From the IMG/VR virus record IMGVR_UViG_3300048861_000262, positions 1 through 46,600 of that record: a stretch of 46,600 bases of DNA; one strand, 5' to 3'. The translations under genes and the position numbers were made by a program. This document shows positions 1 to 8,634 of this stretch, in pieces. The DNA comes from a virus (Duplodnaviria > Caudoviricetes). How positions within the stretch are numbered: the first letter of the stretch is position 1; each line of letters begins with the position of its first letter. The notes beneath the pieces were generated by a model. It was not told the DNA's origin and searched no databases. It saw nothing but the letters and a program-made list of their open reading frames with translations.

Positions 1-567
1 TCATCCCTTCTTCTCCTGGCTGGCGAGGGCCGTAGCAGTGGGGAGCGGCATCCAATGGGTGGGAGCCGAGAACATGTCGAAATCCAGTTCGGTGAATTCC
101 CATTGACCTGTTGGCTGAAAAACAATCGGGCCTATGTGATGGTTTGATCCCCATGCCGTGAAACCTATCAGGCATGGCCAAGCAAAGTAGCCTACCGTGT
201 CGGCGGGGGCGGTTTCGATGGGTTGCCAGTCTTCCACCACCTGCGGCGCGGGCTCGCTTGGTGGGGAGGAGAGAGCGGAGCGGGCGATATCGCGAATTCG
301 CTGACACACAGAGACAGCTACGGCATAAGTGCTGCTCGTTGCGCTTGACGCTTCCCTTTCGATCTCGCGAAGCACCTTCACGGCCCCCGGCTCCTGCGTC
401 ACCGTCCCGGCTGTTCCCATGGCGTCGAGATAGGCGCGGATGGCGGCATTCATTCGGCTTTCGTCGGTGCTGCCTTCGACGTGGTATTCTGCTACGCTGG
501 CGTTTATAGCCGCCTTGATCGCCCTCTCATGCCGTTCAGCAAGGATATCTTCCGGGTACTCGCTCAT
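1..567 (-). CDS. Phage protein with C-terminal DUF551-like domain
   Basis: WQPIETAP and PTHWMPLP motifs; ATGA overlap with upstream gene. Confidence 0.75.
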   Translation of the reverse strand: MSEYPEDILAERHERAIKAAINASVAEYHVEGSTDESRMNAAIRAYLDAMGTAGTVTQEPGAVKVLREIEREASSATSSTYAVAVSVCQRIRDIARSALSSPPSEPAPQVVEDWQPIETAPADTVGYFAWPCLIGFTAWGSNHHIGPIVFQPTGQWEFTELDFDMFSAPTHWMPLPTATALASQEKKG

Positions 568-767
568 TCAATCCAACCCTTTCTAAGTGCGAAGGCCACA
601 AACCCCGCCGTTGTGCCGCCGCCACCGACGCGATCACGAGCGCGTTTGACACTCAAGGAAAGCGCGCTTTCCTTCCTGCCGGTGACGTGTGAAATTTCCT
701 TGAGCATCTTGCCGTTGGCGAGCATTTGGAGAATGTCGCGCTCATGGCAATTGATACCGGTACGCAT
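564..767 (-). CDS. Stand-alone LuxR/GerE-type HTH protein
   Basis: ERDILQMLANGKMLKEIS...ALRKGWI pattern, 67 aa. Confidence 0.75.
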   Translation of the reverse strand: MRTGINCHERDILQMLANGKMLKEISHVTGRKESALSLSVKRARDRVGGGGTTAGFVAFALRKGWIE

Positions 768-769
768 TG

Positions 770-1153
770 CTAAATCTCTCTTCTGTAAATCACGCCATTA
801 ATCTCCAGCGTGTCGGGCATTTCCGGCGCAGCCTTGGCCGGATCAATGCCAAGCTCGGCAATGCAGGCGGCAAGGTGCGGCTCTTTGAGAGACGCGGTAA
901 TGTCGGCGTCGAAATCGATCCACGGCTTATCCTTGCCCGCGATGCTGGCGCGCTCGCTGATTTCCAGCCTGCCGCCAAACTCGCGCAAGACGATCACCTT
1001 AACCAGGGCGTCACCGGTTGCGAGGTTGCCGCGCCAGAAGCGCATAGCTGCCTTGCGGGCTTGCGTGGTGTCGTCTGGCCGTTCCTTGCGGGGCGGCTTG
1101 AAGACAACAGCGCCATTGCGGCGGAATAGGGCGACTGAGGCGTAGGGGGTCAT
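770..1153 (-). CDS. Hypothetical phage protein
   Basis: ATG at 1153 overlaps upstream stop (ATGA); MTPYASVALFRRNG... Confidence 0.7.
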   Translation of the reverse strand: MTPYASVALFRRNGAVVFKPPRKERPDDTTQARKAAMRFWRGNLATGDALVKVIVLREFGGRLEISERASIAGKDKPWIDFDADITASLKEPHLAACIAELGIDPAKAAPEMPDTLEINGVIYRREI

Positions 1154-1443
1154 TCTGGAGCCCCTAACAATAGCTGCTTCTTGTCGTCTTCCAGCGGTTT
1201 CGAGTGCTTCACTTCGCCAGTGCAGAGACGGCCGAACTGGTCTTTCCGCAACGCGCCGTCCCAACTCATGAAGTCGAGCCGCGTCTTGTCCTTCGTGGTC
1301 GAACCATCGGCCATAAGCCGAACGAAACCGCAGCCAACCTTGGCGTAGAGAAAGCCGTCACGCGTGTAGATCGGGACTTGCTTGTAAACGCCTCTCGTAA
1401 TGACGATTGCGGCCTCGCCCTCTACCTCCTTAAAAAATGCCAT
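1150..1443 (-). CDS. Hypothetical phage protein
   Basis: 97-aa ORF tightly packed in leftward operon. Confidence 0.7.
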   Translation of the reverse strand: MAFFKEVEGEAAIVITRGVYKQVPIYTRDGFLYAKVGCGFVRLMADGSTTKDKTRLDFMSWDGALRKDQFGRLCTGEVKHSKPLEDDKKQLLLGAPE

Positions 1444-1454
1444 GTGATTTACCC

Positions 1455-1694
1455 CTAGTAGAAATCGTGCGTTTCGCAGATATGCCGCTCGATCTGCTCG
1501 ACCTCTTTCGGTGCGAGCGCGAACGGCTGGCCGTCGTGGAACACTTCAAGTTCTTCGACTTCGCCGCCCGATGGCGGCTCGCAATCCTCGGGCAGGCCAT
1601 AGCGTCGGCCCGCGAAAAACGGCGTGACGGCGTAATCAATATCGAGATTGATTTCTTCGCCGCCGCGCTGGAGTGTGAAAGCCGTGTTATGCAT
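1455..1694 (-). CDS. Hypothetical acidic phage protein
   Basis: 79-aa ORF overlapping upstream stop; EDCEPPSGGEVE. Confidence 0.7.
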   Translation of the reverse strand: MHNTAFTLQRGGEEINLDIDYAVTPFFAGRRYGLPEDCEPPSGGEVEELEVFHDGQPFALAPKEVEQIERHICETHDFY

Positions 1695-1902
1695 GCTGCC
1701 GCTCTCGCGCGATCTCGCGATTTCTGCAGTTCCTGGCCTGACGCTCGCGAAGGCCGCGAACCTGTTCGCTTACGATCTCGTCAAGCTGCTCATCCGTGAG
1801 CCAGTCTGGGCCGTTGCGGTGAAAAGCAGCCTCGACTGCCCTTAAGAGCGCGAAAGGCCCGCACTCGTTGATGAACCGAATTTTTTTCATGCGGTCGGTC
1901 AT
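1687..1902 (-). CDS. Hypothetical phage protein
   Basis: AGGAGG RBS and ATGA overlap. Confidence 0.7.
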   Translation of the reverse strand: MTDRMKKIRFINECGPFALLRAVEAAFHRNGPDWLTDEQLDEIVSEQVRGLRERQARNCRNREIARERQHA

Positions 1903-2174
1903 CGGCTCGTGACCTCCTGATTAATCTGGTCTTCACGCACGACCTGATTGTTGAACTGGTGAAGGCCAAACGCCAGAAGCGCCACCATGAGGACGGTGAA
2001 GCCCATAGCCTCAAGCGTGTGGTGATGGCGACGGGCATTCACGCGTGCCATCTCCTGGGCGCTGATCATGCTAGGCTGCTCCAGATAGACGCAGCCGGTT
2101 CGATGCTGGCCGATACGCGGGCAGCATTGTCCGTCCGTGTCGAACCAGAGGGAGCATTTCTTACCTTCGGGCAT
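1899..2174 (-). CDS. Hypothetical protein with one TM segment
   Basis: GGAG RBS before ATG 2174 (MPEGKKC...); hydrophobic stretch FTVLMVALLAFGL. Confidence 0.65.
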   Translation of the reverse strand: MPEGKKCSLWFDTDGQCCPRIGQHRTGCVYLEQPSMISAQEMARVNARRHHHTLEAMGFTVLMVALLAFGLHQFNNQVVREDQINQEVTSR

Positions 2175-2210
2175 TGCGTTAATCTCCATAGTTAATGTGA
2201 TAACAACAAC

Positions 2211-2238
2211 ACTATATGCGCGTTTATAACCGTGTCAA
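2211..2238 (-). promoter_or_regulatory. Sigma70-like leftward promoter
   Basis: TTGACA-16 nt-TATAGT on minus strand; operator-like site at 2243-2261. Confidence 0.65.
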
Positions 2239-2468
2239 CATGTGTTGCGGTTTTCGCACGTCGTAGGGCAAAAAATATCGATCTGCGGCGCTCGATAGCG
2301 GCCCTCGTTGTGAGGAAGCGCTTGGCCGGTGCCGCTCGGGTAAGCGACAGCAATAAACTTGTGGTCCACATACAGAACCTCGGCGCGGTTCCAAATATAG
2401 CCGTCATGGGTGGCAAACCTGACTTCGATAGGATCGCCAGACTTGAATTGCTCGATGGCCTCTTTCAC
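2235..2468 (-). CDS. Hypothetical phage protein
   Basis: GGAG RBS; start overlaps upstream stop. Confidence 0.6.
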   Translation of the reverse strand: MKEAIEQFKSGDPIEVRFATHDGYIWNRAEVLYVDHKFIAVAYPSGTGQALPHNEGRYRAPQIDIFCPTTCENRNTC

Positions 2469-2635
2469 TCATAGCTCCTGTCAAAAACTGCCTGCATGCG
2501 CTTCGTCACGCGGTCAGCGTAATCTGTATCGCGGGCGCAGCTTTCTCGATAGGCTCGCATGACAATCAAAATCAAAATTGCCATCGCTAAAACACAAAAG
2601 GCGGTGTAGCTCGCGATGATGATAGTTCCGGTCAT
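2465..2635 (-). CDS. Small membrane protein
   Basis: GGGAG RBS before ATG 2635; long hydrophobic helix. Confidence 0.55.
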   Translation of the reverse strand: MTGTIIIASYTAFCVLAMAILILIVMRAYRESCARDTDYADRVTKRMQAVFDRSYE

Positions 2636-2677
2636 GTGATAAGCTCCCGAAATGGTGACTGGTGGCAATAGCTATTG

Positions 2678-2929
2678 CTACTTCGGCTTGTCGCGCTCGG
2701 CAAGCATGGCGTCGGCCATTAAATAGCAATGTTGGGCTACTGCCTGCATGTCTTGAAACCCTCTGATGTTTGCCGCGAAATGACCCGCGAGCGTCTGGCC
2801 GGCGAAGTGGTCGCGCAAGCTCATGCCGGTGTAGACTTCATTTTTGAGCGGAGCTCCGGTTCTGACATCAAATTCCATGACGACAGTCAACGGGAAGGCT
2901 GGCCCGCCGTCTCGTTTTTTGTCGGTCAT
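2678..2929 (-). CDS. Conserved phage hypothetical protein (GGPAFP...GMSLRD...ADAML type)
   Basis: Recognisable phage motif series; AAGGAG RBS before ATG 2929. Confidence 0.75.
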   Translation of the reverse strand: MTDKKRDGGPAFPLTVVMEFDVRTGAPLKNEVYTGMSLRDHFAGQTLAGHFAANIRGFQDMQAVAQHCYLMADAMLAERDKPK

Positions 2930-3099
2930 TTCGTCGTCTCCTTGTTTTTGATTAAAGCATTCCTGCTTGTTACCATCGTGTAGCCATCGGCAAACCGGAC
3001 GCAACAGCTATTCATGGTGCCGCGCGCTAGAACTTCGCAAGGCTGTCCTTTCCTGCCTTGGCGATCCCATCGATAGACATAGGGAAGCGGCGGGTTCAT
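2926..3099 (-). CDS. 57-aa phage protein absent from ORF track (MNPPLPYVYRWDRQGRKGQPCEVLARGTMNSCCVRFADGYTMVTSRNAL...)
   Basis: Translated manually; AAGGAG RBS, TGATG coupling upstream and ATGA coupling downstream. Confidence 0.7.
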   Translation of the reverse strand: MNPPLPYVYRWDRQGRKGQPCEVLARGTMNSCCVRFADGYTMVTSRNALIKNKETTK

Positions 3100-3563
3100 C
3101 ACGTCTCCTTCTTCTGCCGGTTTCTAGTCGTCGGCCTCTGCGCAAGCCCGGCCTCGCGGATTTCCGCCAAGGTGATAGGCTCGCCGTCCAGGCTGTATTC
3201 CGTCGCCCACGCGATCCGCTGGCCGTTCCTGCCGTTCCACACGCGGCGATAGGTCAAGGCCGTCAAGCGGCCTATGGGCGTGTCAATACCGGCAGTGGCG
3301 TCGTTGCCTGGGCCGGTGGCTGGCTGGTGGGGCAATCGTCCGCGTGTGGCCGTCCAGGCGGCTTGCGCGGCCTGCTGAACTAGCGTCAGGTAATCGACGC
3401 GGCTCAACGACGCCACGCGCACAGGATCGCGGCGCAAGCCCTTAATCGCGGCGATGATCGCCAATGCCTGGGCGGTCGGCTGCTCGTTGCCTAGCGCGTC
3501 ATTTGCGGCGCGCAAGGCTTCGGTAATGAAATCGTCTCGGGCTATTTTGGCGGCGTGGGTCAT
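3099..3563 (-). CDS. Hypothetical phage protein
   Basis: ATG 3563 in ATGA overlap with exonuclease stop. Confidence 0.65.
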   Translation of the reverse strand: MTHAAKIARDDFITEALRAANDALGNEQPTAQALAIIAAIKGLRRDPVRVASLSRVDYLTLVQQAAQAAWTATRGRLPHQPATGPGNDATAGIDTPIGRLTALTYRRVWNGRNGQRIAWATEYSLDGEPITLAEIREAGLAQRPTTRNRQKKET

Positions 3564-4255
3564 GGTTCGCGCCTCTTCGCAATCCAGTATCGAGCGGTAA
3601 ATTTTGTGTCTTCGTCCATATCGCTCTTGTCTCTGATCCACTCAAGGTAATCGAGCGGAGCGGCTTCAAACGTCGTACCTTTGTGCTTGCCGAAATTCAT
3701 CCTTTTCAGCAAAGCCGGGTACTTTGAAATGTGCACCATTTCATCCGGCGTCTTGTGTTTAAGCAACTCAATGAAAATGTGAGCCGTCACATAGGCGTCA
3801 GGCAAAGCACGGTGCGGCGGCTCGGCTAGTTCCGCATCGACTGGCAAGCCAAGCCAGTACCGCAAGACTTGATTAGAATGCCCTGGAGCATCCGGCCAAA
3901 CGACGCGCGCCACCTTGTATGTGCAAATCCAGGGGATACCGAAATCAGGCGTGAAATGCTGCTCAAACTTGGCGTTGTGGGCAACAAGGTAGGACGGCGG
4001 ATTTTCTTCGATAAACTCGGCCCATAGTTCGCGCGCCTGGGGAGCAAGAGCAACGTCGTTATCCGTGATGTGGTGCACGGCTTTAGTCACTGCCGGTATA
4101 TCGCCACGCGGCAACGCGAACGAACGCCAGAATTCGGTAATGGCGCTGTCTTGAATATCAACGTCAACCTTGCCAAATTCGATTATCTCTGCGGCTTCGT
4201 CGTCCTGTGTTCCCGTAGTCTCGTAGTCGATCACGCGGGCAATATTGGCTGTCAA
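3560..4255 (-). CDS. DEDDh 3'-5' exonuclease (ExoX/DnaQ-like) with C-terminal FGKHKG module
   Basis: IDYETTG, VAHNAKFE, HRALPDAY and MNFGKHKG motifs; likely TTG start after AAGGAG. Confidence 0.9.
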   Translation of the reverse strand: MTANIARVIDYETTGTQDDEAAEIIEFGKVDVDIQDSAITEFWRSFALPRGDIPAVTKAVHHITDNDVALAPQARELWAEFIEENPPSYLVAHNAKFEQHFTPDFGIPWICTYKVARVVWPDAPGHSNQVLRYWLGLPVDAELAEPPHRALPDAYVTAHIFIELLKHKTPDEMVHISKYPALLKRMNFGKHKGTTFEAAPLDYLEWIRDKSDMDEDTKFTARYWIAKRREP

Positions 4256-4314
4256 TGCCCTGCTCCTTCTTCTGGTTAGATATCCGGCCAACGCGGGCCG
4301 GATGCCGAAACAGA

Positions 4315-4551
4315 TCAGGAATATTTCTTGATGGCGTTTACGGTTGCTTTCGCGGATGACTTAAGGCCGGGCGGCAGTTGGTCCATTGCGTCGGATGCAT
4401 AGAATTCAGCATCTTCAAGCAAATCGTTCATAGCCGGGTCGTCGCGGTTTACGATGATATGCGCCTTGTTGCTTTGGACCATTTCAGGCGTCGGCAAATC
4501 GCGCTCAAGATGATCCCAATAAAACAAGCGCGGAAGGCTTATAGTTTTCAT
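4315..4551 (-). CDS. Hypothetical phage protein
   Basis: AAGGAG RBS; bounded by hairpin elements. Confidence 0.75.
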   Translation of the reverse strand: MKTISLPRLFYWDHLERDLPTPEMVQSNKAHIIVNRDDPAMNDLLEDAEFYASDAMDQLPPGLKSSAKATVNAIKKYS

Positions 4552-4608
4552 CTGCGTTTCTCCTTCATGCAGTTGGATGAGCGGGAAAACCCCGCTCGCC
4601 AAGCCGCA

Positions 4609-4815
4609 TCAAATCTCGATTTCGTCTGCTGTGTTGATAAGGCAGGCGGCAAGCGCCCTTGCTTCGGTCGGCGTAAGCAAAAGCCGCTGCGTTGCTCCGT
4701 TGATAGAAATGACAACGTGCACCGTCTCGGCTCCTGTCTCCTGCCCGACAACAAGCAAATTGCACTGTTCCGGGTGCGATTTGTGCCTGATCATTGGCTT
4801 AGGGTGTATCTTCAT
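4609..4815 (-). CDS. Hypothetical phage protein
   Basis: AAGGAG RBS before ATG 4815; bounded by hairpin elements. Confidence 0.7.
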   Translation of the reverse strand: MKIHPKPMIRHKSHPEQCNLLVVGQETGAETVHVVISINGATQRLLLTPTEARALAACLINTADEIEI

Positions 4816-4876
4816 TTTGCTTTGCTCCTTCGCTGGTGTGGTTAGATGACGGCTCGAAAGCCGTCGCCAAACCGCA

Positions 4877-5050
4877 TCAGGCGGCAACAACGCGGTATGT
4901 GCGGCGGTCAACGTATCCGTCTTGGTCAAGAGAACCGACGTAAGCCCAAGCATCATCCTCAGTCGCGAAGGTCTTTTTGAATATGCCGAAGTCGCGCCAT
5001 GACTTTGACGGCATACCGGACTGAGTGAGGCGAGTTTGAATTTTGAACAT
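4877..5050 (-). CDS. Hypothetical phage protein (57 aa)
   Basis: AAGGAG RBS before ATG 5050; bounded by hairpin elements. Confidence 0.7.
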   Translation of the reverse strand: MFKIQTRLTQSGMPSKSWRDFGIFKKTFATEDDAWAYVGSLDQDGYVDRRTYRVVAA

Positions 5051-5109
5051 CTGCGTATCTCCTTTGGTGCAGTTGGATAAGCCGGGCGAAACCGGCTTGC
5101 CTAAATGCA

Positions 5110-5322
5110 TCAGCGGGCGGTACCGGTCTTGGCGAAGCGAAGGCGTTCGCCATCGGTCATTACGGACACATCGCCAGCGGCTACGGCCATGCGGCGCTCA
5201 AGCTCGGCGCGCATTTTGTTGCGCTGCGCGTCAGTCAGCAGCGGGTTTTCCTTCACGGAACGTTCAAGCTCTTTGGTAGTGTATGCGGGGAATGCTGCGG
5301 TCTTGAATGCGCAATCGGACAT
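5110..5322 (-). CDS. Hypothetical phage protein, first gene of leftward operon
   Basis: GGAG RBS; directly downstream of promoter. Confidence 0.7.
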   Translation of the reverse strand: MSDCAFKTAAFPAYTTKELERSVKENPLLTDAQRNKMRAELERRMAVAAGDVSVMTDGERLRFAKTGTAR

Positions 5323-5340
5323 GCGTTTATCTCCATAGAG

Positions 5341-5387
5341 TGTTTCGATAAACGCAACACTACATGCGACCGATACGTTTGTAAATA
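5341..5387 (-). promoter_or_regulatory. Leftward promoter with overlapping operator-like palindrome
   Basis: TTTACA-16 nt-TGTAGT; TGTTTCG-N5-CGCAACA at 5341-5359. Confidence 0.55.
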
Positions 5388-5411
5388 GGTTTTTAAGAGA
5401 CCGAAAATTAA

Positions 5412-5687
5412 AAACCTACTCGCGCAACCTCACTGTGAACAATAATCCTAATTGTTCATACGTCAGTGAACAATCAACCATATCAATTTCCTTAAAAACC
5501 TCTCTGCCACTACTTATCTTATATATATCAATAACTTAACTAGAGACTAAGAGGATTGTAAGAGGTAGTAAACTTTTTATAATAGGGGGTTGAAGTCGGT
5601 GTTTAAAATAGAGCGCAATGTAAAATCGAAAAATATCGCTATTACAAAAAAGTTTGTGCCTCGTTAGAAACCTCCCCGCGCAACCTC
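5412..5687. other. AT-rich non-coding region with direct/inverted repeats and IHF consensus (candidate ori or pac region)
   Basis: 20-bp direct repeats 5412-5431 and 5668-5687; TGAACAAT x3; TATCAATAACTTA at 5526-5538. Confidence 0.45.
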
Positions 5688-5771
5688 GTTGACGTCCACG
5701 TCAATACAATGCGGTTAACGCAACAACCATTTCCCGCGTAATTCTGTCTCGCAATAAGAGGCTTGATTACG

Positions 5772-6305
5772 ATGTCTGAACTAACGCCAAAACAGGCGCT
5801 ATTTGTTGAAGCTTTCATGCTCGATCCCGATCCTAGTAAGGCCGCAATTGCCTCTGGATCGACCGCCAAACGCGCACGTCAAGCGGGTTATGAACTCCTG
5901 ACAAATCCTGACGTGAAGGCTGAAATAGAGCGTCGTCAGTCAATGCGCTCTGCAAAAACTCAGATTGATGCCGCATGGCTGCTGGAGCGCTTGGCCGCTG
6001 AGGCGACTGCCGACATTAACGATCTCTACAACAGCGAAGGCGGATTGAAGCCGGTTAGCGAGTGGCCTCTGATCTGGCGGCAAGGGCTCGTGCAAGGGAT
6101 CGAAGTTGAGCAGCTATTTGACGGCCATGGCGAGGAACGTCAGGCCGTTGGCACCGTGCGCAAGATCAAGCTCGATAACCGCATCAAGCGCCTTGAGTTG
6201 ATCGGCAAACATATAGGCGTGAACGCCTTCTCTGAAACTGTTGTCGTCAAGGGGCTCGATACGCTTGCGGATCGACTGGAAAGGGCAATGAAACGCGATG
6301 GATGA
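5772..6305 (+). CDS. terS: Terminase small subunit
   Basis: LTPKQALFVEAF...KAAIASG...ELLTNPDVKAEI N-terminus; KRLELIGKHIG; upstream of terL. Confidence 0.9.
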   Translation: MSELTPKQALFVEAFMLDPDPSKAAIASGSTAKRARQAGYELLTNPDVKAEIERRQSMRSAKTQIDAAWLLERLAAEATADINDLYNSEGGLKPVSEWPLIWRQGLVQGIEVEQLFDGHGEERQAVGTVRKIKLDNRIKRLELIGKHIGVNAFSETVVVKGLDTLADRLERAMKRDG

Positions 6306-6549
6306 CAAGTGGGAATGCGCCGCACGCAGGCAAGGTACTGCGGGCGGCAATGATCCGGCTGATTGTGATTGGCCCGTATGCGGGTGTGATCCTCACGCCT
6401 CAAAAGTCATCGAAGCCATTGAAGATCGCGGCGTGATTATGGCGACAGACCGCGCGTTAGAAGTCGTTCTTTCTCGGTGCCGAATGAGCAACCAGACAGC
6501 GAGCGATTTGAAATATTTGCTTGCGATGGAGAGGGCTAAGAATGGCTGA
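6298..6549 (+). CDS. Hypothetical Cys-containing protein
   Basis: Overlaps terS end; CDWPVCGCDP. Confidence 0.6.
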   Translation: MDDKWECAARRQGTAGGNDPADCDWPVCGCDPHASKVIEAIEDRGVIMATDRALEVVLSRCRMSNQTASDLKYLLAMERAKNG

Positions 6550-6703
6550 TGAAGTGACCGTTAAGCTCGCGCACGAATGGACGGCAAACCGAGACAAGCC
6601 GGGCGTCCTGACGTGTCGCATCTGTGGCGCTATCAAGCGTAGGACCGGGAAGAACGCGCCATGCGTGGAAGAGGTGCGAGTTGTCACTCAAGCCACGTCC
6701 TGA
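6542..6703 (+). CDS. Small protein with H...CxxC...C motif
   Basis: GGAGAGG RBS; overlaps previous gene. Confidence 0.55.
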   Translation: MADEVTVKLAHEWTANRDKPGVLTCRICGAIKRRTGKNAPCVEEVRVVTQATS

Positions 6704-6817
6704 CGCTCAAGGTCATCTGCTGACAGATGTACGCTTTGCATGCGGAACAATGAGCCGTTGCGTCAAATGCGCGTTCATCATCGATAAGGCCGCACCGTTC
6801 CAGTGCAAGGCGGCGTG

Positions 6818-8296
6818 ATGGCTGCTCCTGCAAAACGCGCCGATCCGAATGATGCGATAATCGAGCTTGCTGCCTCCTGCCGGTTCAAGCCTAAGCGCTG
6901 GTCGCGTCTCGCGTGGGATTGGGGCCACGGTGAACTATCGGACTATGACGGCCCGCGCGAATGGCAGGACGATATCAACGATATCATTGAGCGTCATCTT
7001 GCCGATCCAGAGACGCGCTATCAGCCTTTGCAAATCTCCGTTGCATCCGGCCATGGTATCGGCAAATCCGCCGAGATGGGCATGCTCTCCAATTGGGCCA
7101 TGTCCTGCTTTGCTGATGCAAAGATCGTCACGACTGCGAACACAGATGGACAGTTGCGCACAAAGACCGCGCCGGAAATCGGCAAGTGGTTTCGTATGTC
7201 GCTAACGGCTCATTGGTTTGACGTGCAGGCGACGACAATCAAGAGCCGCGATCCGACGCGCTCCGATAGCTGGCGACAGGACTTCATTCCCTGGAGCGAA
7301 CACAATACCGAAGCGTTCGCCGGTCTGCACAACAAGGGCAAAATCATCCTGCTCCTGTTCGATGAAGCGTCGAAAATTCACGATAAGGTTTGGGAAGTCG
7401 CGGAAGGCGCGCTTACCGACGAAAACACCATCATCATTTGGGTTGTCTTCGGCAATCCGACGCGCAACAGCGGTCGCTTTCGCGAGTGCTTCCGTCGCTT
7501 CCGTCATCGGTGGATCAACCGGCAGATTGATAGCCGCACAGTTCCCGGCACGAACAAGCAATTCCTGCAACGCCTCGTAGACGACCACGGCGAAGATAGC
7601 GACGTGGTGAAAATTCGTGTGCGCGGACAATTCCCGAGCCAATCAGCCATGCAGTTCATTTCATCCGACGACGCCGACAAGGCGCGCGCTGTCCACTTGC
7701 GCAAAGAGCAATACGCCTTCGCGCCCGTCATCATCGGCGTTGATCCGGCTTGGACCGGCGATGACAAGCTAGAAATCATGCTGCGGCAAGGGCTCTATTC
7801 GAAGTCGCTCGCCTCTCTGCCACGCAACGATAACGATATTGAGGTTGCGAACCTGATCGCCCGGCTTGAGGTCGAGCATCAAGCCGACGCTGTGTTTATC
7901 GACGCTGGCTATGGAACTGGCATCTATTCAGCCGGGCAAGTCATGGGCCGTTCGTGGCGTCTCATCTGGTTCAGCGGCAAACCCATCGATCAAGGCTACC
8001 TCAACAAGCGCGCCGAAATGTGGGGCATGAAAAAGCAATGGCTGAAAGCTGGCGGCGCGATCGATCCAAAGGATGACGGATTGTACCAGGATATTATTGG
8101 CCCTGAAACCGTGGCACGGCTCGACGGCAAGATTCAGCTTGAGAGCAAGGAAGACATGAAGGAACGCGGGCTCCCGTCGCCAAACAAGGGCGATGCGCTG
8201 GCCCTCACGTTCGCTGAGCCGGTCGCCAAGCGTACAACGCCGATTGGGAGCAACAACCATTCGTCCGTACAGGTGGATTACGACCCGCTTGCTTGA
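6818..8296 (+). CDS. terL: Terminase large subunit
   Basis: Walker A SGHGIGKS, Walker B LLFDEAS, GNPTR, nuclease IGVDPA and SPNKGDALAL. Confidence 0.95.
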   Translation: MAAPAKRADPNDAIIELAASCRFKPKRWSRLAWDWGHGELSDYDGPREWQDDINDIIERHLADPETRYQPLQISVASGHGIGKSAEMGMLSNWAMSCFADAKIVTTANTDGQLRTKTAPEIGKWFRMSLTAHWFDVQATTIKSRDPTRSDSWRQDFIPWSEHNTEAFAGLHNKGKIILLLFDEASKIHDKVWEVAEGALTDENTIIIWVVFGNPTRNSGRFRECFRRFRHRWINRQIDSRTVPGTNKQFLQRLVDDHGEDSDVVKIRVRGQFPSQSAMQFISSDDADKARAVHLRKEQYAFAPVIIGVDPAWTGDDKLEIMLRQGLYSKSLASLPRNDNDIEVANLIARLEVEHQADAVFIDAGYGTGIYSAGQVMGRSWRLIWFSGKPIDQGYLNKRAEMWGMKKQWLKAGGAIDPKDDGLYQDIIGPETVARLDGKIQLESKEDMKERGLPSPNKGDALALTFAEPVAKRTTPIGSNNHSSVQVDYDPLA

Positions 8297-8316
8297 CCGC
8301 GCTAGGAGCGCCGCGA

Positions 8317-8628
8317 ATGTCCGACGAAAATCAAACTGTGCCTATGCCGTATGAAGTCAATGTGAACGACCGCATGGTTGCCTATCGCAACGTCTCGACC
8401 AATGGGCGGCTCTTCTGCTGCATGCTGTTCGTCATGTGCATGGTCGCCTGGGTGTATCACCAGGGCAATGCATTCTTTCTTTCTGCGCTGTTCTCCGCGC
8501 TTCCGGTCGGCCTGTCCTGCATCTCTGAGCAACTCCCAATCGGCAAGTTGCGGTTGTGGCTATCGCTCACTGTCTACGGTCTGCCGTGCAGCGTCGTAGT
8601 CTTCATCATCATCAAAATCTTTGGGTGA
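8317..8628 (+). CDS. Membrane protein (about 3 TM)
   Basis: AGGAG RBS; three hydrophobic segments. Confidence 0.6.
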   Translation: MSDENQTVPMPYEVNVNDRMVAYRNVSTNGRLFCCMLFVMCMVAWVYHQGNAFFLSALFSALPVGLSCISEQLPIGKLRLWLSLTVYGLPCSVVVFIIIKIFG

Positions 8629-8634
8629 TTACCT

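Larger units (their letters stand above)
4263..5112 (-). repeat. Four conserved intergenic hairpin+RBS elements (4263-4317, 4560-4611, 4825-4879, 5059-5112)
   Basis: Each reads on the minus strand TGA-N8-GGC-[stem-loop]-ATCYAACY-...-AAGGAG-...-start. Confidence 0.85.

Noticed and set aside
4263-5112. Integron attC array (GTTAGAT/GTTGGAT match the GTTRRRY core)
   Set aside because: Boxes read GTT...AAC rather than RYYYAAC...GTTRRRY, outer R boxes are missing, elements are shorter than attC sites, and the only integrase is dusA-type
4263-5112. CRISPR or mini-CRISPR array
   Set aside because: Repeats are not sequence-identical, intervening segments are 170-240-nt ORFs with RBS, and no cas genes are present
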